Source of the DNA: a virus
Taxonomy: Duplodnaviria; Caudoviricetes
DNA length: 25,173 nucleotides
Reading direction: 5' to 3' (one strand)
IMG/VR virus record: IMGVR_UViG_3300046001_002592
Coordinates: 1 to 25,173 of that record
In this document: positions 17,101 through 24,951 of the stretch, piece after piece
Numbering within the stretch: position 1 is the first letter of the stretch
Layout: every line of letters begins with the position of its first letter
Notes under the pieces: model-generated
What the model saw: the letters and a program-made list of their open reading frames with translations, nothing else
The model's database searches: none
What the model was told of the DNA's origin: nothing
Translations under genes and position numbers: made by a program

Positions 17101-17402
17101 TGATTGAAAACACAAACGCCACAACTGCACTGCGTTTTACTGATCTCTCTGTTCGCCTGTATAGGTCAGATGGTTCAAGCGTGATTGCTCCGACTTCATA
17201 CAGTATCCACAACGATTATTCCGGTGTTCCTGATGTAGTTGAAACGGGCGTATCGGGGTTGACTGGTTCCGAATCTGCTCAGTTGATGGGATTGCCTGAT
17301 ATTGGTGATTTCATGGCGACAACAATTCCCGTTGATATTCAGAAAGTGAATGGACAGACAATCAACGGAACAGGCTCTGAATCTGATCCTTGGGGGCCAT
17401 AA
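14181..17402 (+). CDS. Large tail spike/adhesin-like protein (1073 aa)
   Basis: G/S/T/N-rich. N-terminal TLTDHGL..GT module, a beta-helix-like stretch ending GDYRP..SSPQVDTG...DVGCFEF, then beta-rich C-terminal domains. Confidence 0.7.
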   Translation: MATVYSLICFGGRTGKTVSLSATTDVVTLTDHGLRNGTKLWPSGTLPSELNTSTPVYARSTASNTFTLHTSSAGAIANTGQIFFIGSSTFAAVVLKSDLVGDPANSLAAYGLSDLSRWGSSGSERIYDGIASFVSSRSGASPFDEEIAEIGEAFTELRTSALAVTLPSGALKIHTKIGDIRTPAFHAGAVGAGYIFSRTMTNGAIGLNLTQLDTVLDGFTVAAHSTGHINGTGVQLGAYTRCQKMIASGNSLAGIGFAAINSGAKLDTCLSTGWASGGTGIQIARNLSALFIVNTTSAGNDNGITVLSGYTSGIAGYFYGNVIAGNTTTNWPSVSGQTVASYNAGASGMWVTGGNPTITVGSGDFINLAGGDYRPALSSSPQVDTGVVPFGFSDLDLADEERPNYNNGGAEGVDVGCFEFDNGYGPHPTSLTRGLAFTGLVAGSELKVFETGTTTTVFSDTNTATSETWSENSTGSKTVDYTILKDGYVPIRVSGITVTGADTGGVLATPVQQVISRSWATPSGLTLGSNATITVGTKRVTVSAATTGQNWFNFMVQCWRTESSLANVQFPFSDNGPNSFQLADGWQFSSGLNYITRDGIRYVNSSGVVTDVWAAVLSTGVPSGMTVRYAQSDGGTVQSATNTGNIDQLIKIYENGSYDRTGFLVLKVQGDGYDQAEFDLVGTFGTLEDQLYVAGLVPLANGIASGTVTGITITDHGASPVTWNSKQFSITITDTGSHTGEQIVQYVRGLNSFNYHDLVQTNGTEYKTVRGKLYGDSGASLKGVRVVQSDGTTSHADFNLHTADDGTTYIPPLPPAAAEATILADSRVQLFNVTTDTEIDNVFVTGTGYSYVITSEASDGDVLRLRVCKLGKEAGEAFAVWGASGATFLISQPDSAEYTTWGIDGSTVTEFSGDVTGHIYIDANDLDGATTKTRLGAWYSWVLTTEIGIRHFFGAITYVSSAAIRINTDIADILIENTNATTALRFTDLSVRLYRSDGSSVIAPTSYSIHNDYSGVPDVVETGVSGLTGSESAQLMGLPDIGDFMATTIPVDIQKVNGQTINGTGSESDPWGP

Positions 17403-17855
17403 GTGGCAAGCGCATGGGCTAGTTCATGGGGTTCTTCATGGGGTTCTTCATGGGGTTCGGTTGGCTCTGTCGTTTATCCCGTTATCGGAAGGCCGGTATC
17501 TGATTTGTCTAATGATGGCTGGAGTCCTTCCACTGGTTCTGATCTGTTCGCCATGCTAGACGAAGAAACTCCTTCTGATTCGGATTACATCGTTACCTCT
17601 TCGCTCGGCTCTACTTGTAAGCTGAATCTAAACGCTACGCAATATCCAGGCTCGGCTTCTCAGCAGTTAAGTCTCAGGGCTTCAAGCTCTACTGGTAACG
17701 GTCTAAGCGTAACGATTAAAGACGGTGCAACGGTGATTGCTACTCGCTCTCTTACCTTAACGCCTAGCTACGACTTACACACAATCACCTTAACTTCTGG
17801 CGAGATTGCATTGATCTCTACCGGCTCTCTAACTGTTGAAATGACAAGTATCTAA
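17403..17855 (+). CDS. Hypothetical structural protein with N-terminal SSWG repeats
   Basis: GTG start immediately after the previous stop; MASAWASSWGSSWGSSWGS. Confidence 0.7.
   Translation: MASAWASSWGSSWGSSWGSVGSVVYPVIGRPVSDLSNDGWSPSTGSDLFAMLDEETPSDSDYIVTSSLGSTCKLNLNATQYPGSASQQLSLRASSSTGNGLSVTIKDGATVIATRSLTLTPSYDLHTITLTSGEIALISTGSLTVEMTSI
17423..17458 (+). repeat. Three perfect 12-bp tandem repeats
   Basis: TTCATGGGGTTC at 17423, 17435 and 17447. Confidence 0.95.
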
Positions 17856-19150
17856 TGGCTGACAATACAACCCTTCCCGGCGCTGGCGACGTAATCGCCG
17901 CTGATGAAATTGCGGGTGTCAAATACCAGCGCGTCAAAATTGCTTTTGGTGATGATGGATATGCCGAAGATGCTTCAGATGCTAATCCTTTTCCTGTTAC
18001 GGGAACTGTAACGGTCAGCAATCCAACGGCACAAGGACTTACGGATGCTCAACTGCGTGCTTCAGCGGTGCCGGTGTCTGGTGCTTTCTATCCTGCAACG
18101 CAACCTGTTAGTGCTTCTGCATTGCCACTTCCAGCAGGCGCAGCAACCGAAACAACGATTGCCGCATTGCAAACGCTCTTAACGTCGCTAGTTGGTACGA
18201 TCTACGCCCACAATGCGCCGTTTTCGGATGGCGCTGCTGGTCAGCTAATCTTAGGAAAACGTCGTGATGCTGACTCGACAACCGTGGCCGATGGCGATTT
18301 CAATACATTCAACATGGACGAGGAAGGCCGGCTAAAAGTCGCCAGCAAGCCCGCCAGCTACGCGGCAACAACCGGCAACGTCACTAGCGCAACCAGCACC
18401 GTATTTATTAATACTGGGCGTTTCAGTAACTTGATGATTCACTGTACCGGCACATTCAGCACGGTGAATGTCACGTTTGAAGGTTCGCTCAACAGCACAA
18501 ACGGCACTGACGGCAACTGGTTCGGCGTGCAGGCCATTCGTTCAAATGCAAACACGATTGAAACGACAACCGGAAACTTGTCAGCCGCACCTGCTTATGC
18601 GTGGGAACTTTCGGTCAATGCGCTCAAGTATTTCCGCGTTAGAGCAACCGCATGGACATCCGGCACGCAAGTATGGACGATGATCCCAGGCACCTACGCC
18701 ACCGAGCCAATTCCCGGCGCCCAGATCAGCGGCACGCAACCTGTCTCTGGTACGGTCACAGCAACGGTAACGGCGGGTACGATTAACCCTGTTGTCCCTG
18801 CTACACCGTACTTTCTAAACGCCGCTGCAACCACAAACGGCGGGTTAGTCCTTACCGGCACAAGCAACCTTTCCTCGTTCTACGCAACGAATGAAGGCGC
18901 AAGCGTTGCCTATGTGAAGCTGTACAACAAAGCCACTGCACCTACTGTTGGAACGGATATTCCTGAAATGATTATTCCGGTGCCGGCTGCCGTTGGTGGT
19001 GTTCCCGGCGTAGCCAATCCGAATATTGGTTTTCACGGTTTACGGTTTGCTCTTGGTATGGGTATCGCCGTCACGCGAAATGCGGTTTATACCGATACAA
19101 CTGCCATTGGTTCGGGCGAGGTAAAAGTGAAACTGAGTAGGACAGTCTAA
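17855..19150 (+). CDS. Structural/fibre-like protein
   Basis: 431 aa, T/A/G-rich, with repeated PV(S/T)G(T/A) motifs. Confidence 0.72.
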   Translation: MADNTTLPGAGDVIAADEIAGVKYQRVKIAFGDDGYAEDASDANPFPVTGTVTVSNPTAQGLTDAQLRASAVPVSGAFYPATQPVSASALPLPAGAATETTIAALQTLLTSLVGTIYAHNAPFSDGAAGQLILGKRRDADSTTVADGDFNTFNMDEEGRLKVASKPASYAATTGNVTSATSTVFINTGRFSNLMIHCTGTFSTVNVTFEGSLNSTNGTDGNWFGVQAIRSNANTIETTTGNLSAAPAYAWELSVNALKYFRVRATAWTSGTQVWTMIPGTYATEPIPGAQISGTQPVSGTVTATVTAGTINPVVPATPYFLNAAATTNGGLVLTGTSNLSSFYATNEGASVAYVKLYNKATAPTVGTDIPEMIIPVPAAVGGVPGVANPNIGFHGLRFALGMGIAVTRNAVYTDTTAIGSGEVKVKLSRTV

Positions 19151-19450
19151 ATGCTGCTGCTATTAGTCAACGGTTCTGTTGATAGTTCAGTCGACGTAAA
19201 AGTCAGTTGGCTTGAGTTTAATTCGTCTAATGATGTTCCGACACTGGCTTCGCTCGGTGGTCATCCGATTAAACAGAAGAAAAAGATTCTTCATGTTCAA
19301 GACGAAGAGATACAAGAGCCTATCCCAGAATCCTACGTTTCCCGTATTCGCAATGAATTCTTGTCTGAGGCTCTGGCTGATGACTTGATAAACCGCGCTA
19401 GAAAGCGCAAATCACGGGCTGAAGAAGAAGCCCTATTACTGATGATCTAA
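19151..19450 (+). CDS. Hypothetical protein
   Basis: 99-aa ORF abutting the upstream stop; C-terminal EEEALLLMI. Confidence 0.65.
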   Translation: MLLLLVNGSVDSSVDVKVSWLEFNSSNDVPTLASLGGHPIKQKKKILHVQDEEIQEPIPESYVSRIRNEFLSEALADDLINRARKRKSRAEEEALLLMI

Positions 19451-19463
19451 AGGAAAACAGCAA

Positions 19464-20405
19464 ATGGAAGAAGACCTGATTGAATCGGAAGCGGTCGCCG
19501 AAGTTGAAACCTCTGAACCAGTAGAGATTGAAAGTAATGAACCTGAATCCATGCTTGAGGCGATTCAGGAAGGTTTGAAAACGGACGAACCGGAAGAACC
19601 GAAAGAAGAAGTAGCAGAAGAACCGAAAGAAGAACCCAAGGAAGAAGCCAAGCCGGAGAATGAAGACGAACCTCCAGAAGGTATTTCCAAGAAAGCCCAA
19701 GAGCGTTTCCGCAACCTGACCTCTCGTTTAAAGGAGAAGGATCAGGAAGTAGAGCGTTTATCGCAAGACTTGGGCGGTATTCGCAAGATGATGCAGGATA
19801 CTGGCGGCAAACCGGAAGATTTTGCCAAGACGTTTGAATACATCCGGGCGTTGAATCATGGCGATTTGGATCATGCTCGGTCGATTCTTGAGGATCAGAT
19901 TCGCCAACTGTCCATTGCTACCGGGAAACCATTTCAGCAAGTTGATCCGCTCTCGCAATTCCCTGATTTACGTGAGAGGGTGAATGCGTATCAGATGGAC
20001 GAACAAACAGCGATGGAAATGGCACGCTATCGCGCATCACAGCAATCTCAACAACGAGTAGCGCAAGAGTACCAACAGCGTCAGCAAAGCGAACAGCAGA
20101 GTCAATACGTGCGTCAGAACGCCATTGCTGAAATTGATCGCATGGGCAATGAATGGGCGAAGAATGATCCTGATTACGCCATGAAAGAAGGTTTAATCAC
20201 GGCTCAAGCCAAGCTGATTTCTGAACAATTCCCTCCGCAGCAATGGCCGGCTCAAGTCAAACTGATGTATCAGACGATCTCATCCATGCCAATGCCTAAA
20301 CCTGTGACTAATTCACCGGCTCCGTTACGGGCTTCAGGACAATCAGCAGGCGCTAGACAGCCTACCTCGATGCTAGAAGCACTGCAAAACGGATTGGGCT
20401 ACTAA
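19464..20405 (+). CDS. Capsid scaffolding protein
   Basis: Very acidic EEPK-repeat N-terminus, QERF..L coiled coil, P-rich C-terminus; directly upstream of the capsid gene; AAGGA SD. Confidence 0.8.
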   Translation: MEEDLIESEAVAEVETSEPVEIESNEPESMLEAIQEGLKTDEPEEPKEEVAEEPKEEPKEEAKPENEDEPPEGISKKAQERFRNLTSRLKEKDQEVERLSQDLGGIRKMMQDTGGKPEDFAKTFEYIRALNHGDLDHARSILEDQIRQLSIATGKPFQQVDPLSQFPDLRERVNAYQMDEQTAMEMARYRASQQSQQRVAQEYQQRQQSEQQSQYVRQNAIAEIDRMGNEWAKNDPDYAMKEGLITAQAKLISEQFPPQQWPAQVKLMYQTISSMPMPKPVTNSPAPLRASGQSAGARQPTSMLEALQNGLGY

Positions 20406-20421
20406 CCCTAGCCAAGTAAAT

Positions 20422-20445
20422 AAAGCCTCCTTCGGGAGGTTTTTT
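20422..20445 (+). terminator. Rho-independent terminator
   Basis: AAAGCCTCC-TTCG-GGAGGTTTTTT: C(UUCG)G loop and U-tract. Confidence 0.88.
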
Positions 20446-20447
20446 GC

Positions 20448-20478
20448 ATTTATCACGTTCAAAACTCATGGGTATAAA
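20448..20478 (+). promoter_or_regulatory. Late promoter motif, copy 2
   Basis: ATTTATCACGTTCAAA-N8-GTATAAA immediately after the terminator and upstream of the major capsid gene. Confidence 0.78.
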
Positions 20479-20585
20479 GCAGTCAGATGTATGCGGTTTC
20501 ATCTCCGCGACTGTTTTGTTATGGCTGAAATTACCCGTCGCCAGCGGGAAAAGTAGTTTTTTCCTTAATTCCAGGAGTCTTGAAA

Positions 20586-21653
20586 ATGGCATTTAGTGCT
20601 CAAGAGCTACAGGACGCTGGCAAAATCGCGCTTGATTTTTACCTCAAGAAAGCGCCGATTGACCAGGTAGCCGTAGAACGTCCGTTGATGAAAGCCCTTA
20701 TGGGCAAGAAGAAGTCATTCCCCGGTGGTAAGCAATACATCGTTGAACAACTTCGTTACCGTTATCAGTCTAACTTCCAGTGGTTCAATGGTGCTTCTGT
20801 TGTTTCGTACAACAAGCGCGTAACCGTTGAACAAGCTCAATACCCGTGGCGTTCTGCTCACGATGGCTTCTCGCTTGATGAAGACCGTCTTGCACAGAAT
20901 GGCATCGTTATTGACGATAACAGCAAGGGCGGCAATGCTTCCCAAGCTGAACAAGTCCAACTGACTAACCTGCTGACCGAATCCACCGAAACCCTCCGCT
21001 TGGGCTTCGAGGAAAAGTTCAGCATGTATCTGCACCTCGACGGCTCTAGCTCTACCGACGCCATCGCTGGTCTGGATAACATCGTTTCTACCACTCCGAC
21101 TTCCGGCACTGTTGGCGGTATTGATCGTTCTGTCTCCGGTAATATTTACTGGCGTAATAACGTATCTACCGGCCTTACCGCTGTCACGACTCAAGCAACC
21201 GCTATTACTTTCCTTGCTGCTATGGAAACCCAGTGGCGTGCTTGTATCAAGAACGGTGGCCGTCCTGACCTGATCTTCGCAGGTGCTACGTTCATCGACA
21301 ATTACATTGCCGCCATGAACTACACCGGCCAGCAGATTCAATACGCTGGTGGCGAAGTCCGTAAGCTCGATGGTGGTATCGGTGGCATCTACTTCAAGGG
21401 CATTGAAATTCAATGGTGTCCTGAGTTTGATGACAACTTCGGTGGTTTTGTCTCTCCGGCGATTCACTGGACGAAGCGTTGCTACTTTATCAACTCTAAG
21501 CATCTGACCCTGCGTCCGATGGATGGTCAAGATATGGTTACGCGCAAGCCTCCACGTGTGTACGATAAATATGTGTATTACTGGGCCTTGACGTGGCGTG
21601 GTTCTTTGACCACAAACCGCGCAAACGCTCACAGTGTACTTAGTTTGACTTAA
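20586..21653 (+). CDS. Major capsid protein
   Basis: 355 aa after the scaffold; AGGAG SD; strong codon bias; GGIDRS...WRN, PDLI and C-terminal G.LTT.RANAH motifs. Confidence 0.88.
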   Translation: MAFSAQELQDAGKIALDFYLKKAPIDQVAVERPLMKALMGKKKSFPGGKQYIVEQLRYRYQSNFQWFNGASVVSYNKRVTVEQAQYPWRSAHDGFSLDEDRLAQNGIVIDDNSKGGNASQAEQVQLTNLLTESTETLRLGFEEKFSMYLHLDGSSSTDAIAGLDNIVSTTPTSGTVGGIDRSVSGNIYWRNNVSTGLTAVTTQATAITFLAAMETQWRACIKNGGRPDLIFAGATFIDNYIAAMNYTGQQIQYAGGEVRKLDGGIGGIYFKGIEIQWCPEFDDNFGGFVSPAIHWTKRCYFINSKHLTLRPMDGQDMVTRKPPRVYDKYVYYWALTWRGSLTTNRANAHSVLSLT

Positions 21654-21667
21654 TAGGAGATACCGAC

Positions 21668-22000
21668 ATGAAATCAGTTGATCTCGGCACTCTCACCTCG
21701 GCAACCGCTGGTACTTCTGCCTACCCTGAAAACTCTAACGCAGAGTTTCAGCGTGGCGGTAATGTCCTCGCCATCATTCAGCCGACTAACGGCGCGTTTG
21801 TTGGTACGGCAAAGATTCAGGGTACTAACGACCTTGATTCCGTTGCTGACGGTTCAGCCACTTGGACTGACCTGCTGACGTTTGTTGCTCCGGCTTCAAA
21901 CTCTGGCAGCAAGCAAGCAGTAGTTGTGGCATATCGCCGCATGCGCGTTAATTGCACCGTTTTCACTAGCGGTTCAGTTAATGGTTCGCTCATTGGCTAA
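21668..22000 (+). CDS. Putative capsid cement/decoration protein
   Basis: 110 aa, beta-rich, strong AGGAG SD, directly after the capsid gene. Confidence 0.6.
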   Translation: MKSVDLGTLTSATAGTSAYPENSNAEFQRGGNVLAIIQPTNGAFVGTAKIQGTNDLDSVADGSATWTDLLTFVAPASNSGSKQAVVVAYRRMRVNCTVFTSGSVNGSLIG

Positions 22001-22011
22001 ATGAGCATCTG

Positions 22012-22046
22012 AAGCCTCTCCGGTCACAAGCTGGAGGGGCTTTATT
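22012..22046 (+). terminator. Probable terminator or stabilising hairpin
   Basis: AAGCCTCTCCGG (22012-22023) / CTGGAGGGGCTT (22031-22042); weak U-tract. Confidence 0.6.
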
Positions 22047-22063
22047 ACCTTTAAGGAGTGTAA

Positions 22064-22375
22064 ATGTTAGCAAAACACGTAAATGTTCTAGTGCGCCGCG
22101 ATATGGCTGAAATCATTGGAACTACTTGTTTCGAACATGAAGTCGAAATCCTCCGCGACATTCATGGTCATTCAAATGTTGAAGAAGTTGCAGGCGAATT
22201 TGAGCCTGTTGAAATTGATGAAAACGAAGAATTTGATCGTTTGGCCTTGGTTTATGGCCGAAACGATGAAGGCCAAATGTACGTAGAACGTGTGATTGGT
22301 CGTGGCCCGAAGCAACTTGCTGAACTTGGCGTCAAAGTTAAGCGCAGCCGCAAAGCTGAAGAAGTAGAGGCTTAA
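22064..22375 (+). CDS. Hypothetical virion-module protein
   Basis: 103-aa ORF with AAGGAG SD. Confidence 0.8.
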   Translation: MLAKHVNVLVRRDMAEIIGTTCFEHEVEILRDIHGHSNVEEVAGEFEPVEIDENEEFDRLALVYGRNDEGQMYVERVIGRGPKQLAELGVKVKRSRKAEEVEA

Positions 22376-22376
22376 T

Positions 22377-23009
22377 ATGTATAAAACCTTGGGCGAGTTA
22401 CGCAGTGATCTATCCCGGCGCTTGGGTTTCGGCGCTCAAGGTTCCTCCGGTATCAATTCCTCGCTTCTGGATACCTTTCTCCAGAATGCACAGGATCAGT
22501 TATTCGCTGCTTTCGAGTGGCGACAACTCATTAAGTACGATGAAAAGATTACGGGCGTAGGTCAGACTCAATACGATTGGGCAACTGACTGCGAACCAAC
22601 TCACTTACGTGATATTGCCATTTATGACGGTTCCCGGTGGGTTCCCATGAATGAAGGCATTACGTGGGATATGCGCTCACAGGATACGACCACTATTCCT
22701 AGTCGTTATGAGCGTTACGCACAGATGGAAGTTTGGCCGGTTCCAGATCAGGCTTACACCATTCGTCGGTATTACGTCGCCACTCCATCAAGATTCACGC
22801 AGGACAACGATAGAGCCTCCATTGATGATGGTTTGGTTTTCCTTCACGCAGTAACGAATGCCAAGCTCCATTACAAGCAGAACGATGGTCAAGCCTACGC
22901 TAATCAGTTGAATGCCATGCTAGACAAGCTCAAGGGCAAGAACCGCGGTCAAGCTGTTGTCTCAAGACGTGGCGCACAGGAAACACCTCCAAGACCTAGA
23001 ACGGAATAG
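22377..23009 (+). CDS. Head-tail adaptor (tail tubular protein A-like)
   Basis: TLGELR..L..RLG N-terminus, GQTQYD, EVWPVPDQAYTI; ~210 aa after the capsid genes. Confidence 0.75.
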   Translation: MYKTLGELRSDLSRRLGFGAQGSSGINSSLLDTFLQNAQDQLFAAFEWRQLIKYDEKITGVGQTQYDWATDCEPTHLRDIAIYDGSRWVPMNEGITWDMRSQDTTTIPSRYERYAQMEVWPVPDQAYTIRRYYVATPSRFTQDNDRASIDDGLVFLHAVTNAKLHYKQNDGQAYANQLNAMLDKLKGKNRGQAVVSRRGAQETPPRPRTE

Positions 23010-23011
23010 TT

Positions 23012-24949
23012 ATGGCTGGATTAGGCGCGGTATTCGCTCAAGACCCTAACGCTAAAACTCGGCTCAGTAAGTCACTGACGGGCTATCAGATGCTTGGTGA
23101 TAAGACGGATTATGGCGCGGTTAAGCAAGGTATTGAAACCGGACAGCAGATGATTGCTGAACCGATTAAAGCCGCTTACAACAACGCTAAAGCCGGTTTA
23201 AGTGATCCGAAAGTCTTAGCTCAATATATCCGCAAAGGTATCAATGTAGATGCGCTTACCAAGGCATCAGATTGGCGCATGGCTGGCATTGATGCAATGA
23301 CTGGCTCTAGTGATATGCCTAAAGACGTTCAACGTGCTGGCGTGGAAGCAGGTATGAACATAGCGATGAACGCTCCAGCTATGACGGTATGGCATGGCTC
23401 ACCGCACAAGTTCAGCAAGTTTGATATGTCGAAGATTGGCACAGGTGAAGGCGCACAGGCTTACGGGCATGGGCTTTATTTTGCTGAAAATGCAAAGATT
23501 GCCGGTGGTTACAGGGATAAGTTGGCAAAAAATGAAGTGTTGCTAGATGGCAATAAAGTTAAACACGATTTCAATGCAACCGACCCGCAATCGCTTGGAT
23601 TGAATGCCTTAACCTCAGAACCAAGCGCAGAAGGCGCAGCAAAAGCATTGCGTGATGCAGTTGCAGACCCAAACCTATGGGGAAAAGGAACGGCTTACGA
23701 GTCAGAGCTTGCGTCACAGTATGCAGCCGCAGCAGATTGGCTTGATAAAAACGCCAGCCGATTGAAGATTGATTCAGGCGCACTCTACAAATCCGACATC
23801 CCCGACGAAGCAGTAGCCCGTTTCCTAGATTGGGATAAGCCGCTAAGTCAGCAAGCACCGGAAGTGCAAGCGGTTCTTAATCCAGTAATTGACAAGCATT
23901 TCAAAATGGATGGCGAATGGTGGGGTGATCCTATTGAAACAGGCCGCGATTTATATAACCGGCTTGGGTTTAGACAAGATATTGCAGGGGCTGGAACGCA
24001 AGGCGCAGCAGATTGGCTCAAGGGAAAAGGAGTTCCCGGTATCCGCTACCTAGACGGTGGCTCACGTGGCACAGGCGCAGGCACATCCAACTTCGTACTA
24101 TTTGACGATCAACTCCCGCGCATCCTAGAAGTGAATGGACAGGCTACCGGATTGCAACCGTGGGCTAAAGGTGAATGGGGCAATGCTGCGGTCAACTCCC
24201 AAAAAGGCTCAATTATTGATGACCTAGTTATGCGTAGAGACATGACGCAAGCCGATTACGATGCGCTATCTTTCGATCAGAAACAGCTACTAGCACAACG
24301 TAGAGCAGCATTACCGACTGAGCAAGGTGGTCTAGGGTTGCCGGTGGATAACACCTATCAGCAACGGGCTAATCAACCTTCTATGTTCCCTGATGACGCT
24401 TATCACGGCACTGGGGCAGATATAAGAGAGTTTGCAACTGGCAATAACTCAACGCATACGGCTGGCTCCGCTCCTTCGACAATGCATTGGGTTGGGGGTG
24501 GTCCGTCAATAGCCAACGGATACGCTCTTTCTGCTTACTACTCAGGAAATCCAAACGTAATGCCTCTGAAGATAAACAAAGGAAAAGAGTTTTCTAGAGA
24601 CATGAAAGGCAAAGGCCCAATGTCGTTGCCTGGGTATTCGACTGACGCATATGCCGGCAAGAAACTAAAAACCAATGACTCTGTAACGCTTCAGAACTTC
24701 AAAGATGCTGCCGTTCCAGGTTACGGTGGTGGATTTGGCGACCATATAGCCATCAAAGACGCATCAAACATACGCTCACGCTTCGCAGCATTCGACCCAT
24801 TCCGCAGAAACGATGCTGACCTACTAGGCAACATTAACCCTACGCTACTAAGCGCAATGGGTGTAGGTGCTACAGGCGCAGCGGTTGGCGCTACTCAATT
24901 ACCAGATGAATACAAGAGCGCAATAGCTAATGCGTTCTCAGGGAGATAA
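23012..24949 (+). CDS. Protein with two ADP-ribosyltransferase-like (polyvalent-protein type) domains
   Basis: VWHGSPHKFSKFD..KIGTGEGAQAYGHGLYFAE...GIRYLD..SR...NFVLFD, and AYHGT..DIREF...NVMPL...NIRSRFAAFDP. Confidence 0.7.
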   Translation: MAGLGAVFAQDPNAKTRLSKSLTGYQMLGDKTDYGAVKQGIETGQQMIAEPIKAAYNNAKAGLSDPKVLAQYIRKGINVDALTKASDWRMAGIDAMTGSSDMPKDVQRAGVEAGMNIAMNAPAMTVWHGSPHKFSKFDMSKIGTGEGAQAYGHGLYFAENAKIAGGYRDKLAKNEVLLDGNKVKHDFNATDPQSLGLNALTSEPSAEGAAKALRDAVADPNLWGKGTAYESELASQYAAAADWLDKNASRLKIDSGALYKSDIPDEAVARFLDWDKPLSQQAPEVQAVLNPVIDKHFKMDGEWWGDPIETGRDLYNRLGFRQDIAGAGTQGAADWLKGKGVPGIRYLDGGSRGTGAGTSNFVLFDDQLPRILEVNGQATGLQPWAKGEWGNAAVNSQKGSIIDDLVMRRDMTQADYDALSFDQKQLLAQRRAALPTEQGGLGLPVDNTYQQRANQPSMFPDDAYHGTGADIREFATGNNSTHTAGSAPSTMHWVGGGPSIANGYALSAYYSGNPNVMPLKINKGKEFSRDMKGKGPMSLPGYSTDAYAGKKLKTNDSVTLQNFKDAAVPGYGGGFGDHIAIKDASNIRSRFAAFDPFRRNDADLLGNINPTLLSAMGVGATGAAVGATQLPDEYKSAIANAFSGR

Positions 24950-24951
24950 TC

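Noticed and set aside
19593-19634. 18-bp direct repeat GAAGAACCGAAAGAAGAA
   Set aside because: Low-complexity EEPKEE coding repeat in the scaffold; not a CRISPR repeat or iteron.
20485-20585. Capsid 5' leader hairpins and 11-13 codon ORFs as a riboswitch or leader peptide
   Set aside because: Stems are short (for example CCCG/CGGG at 20534-20548) and the ORFs lack an SD; too weak without homolog comparison.
20715-21632. 305-aa antisense ORF
   Set aside because: Shadow frame produced by the strong codon bias of the capsid gene; no protein features.
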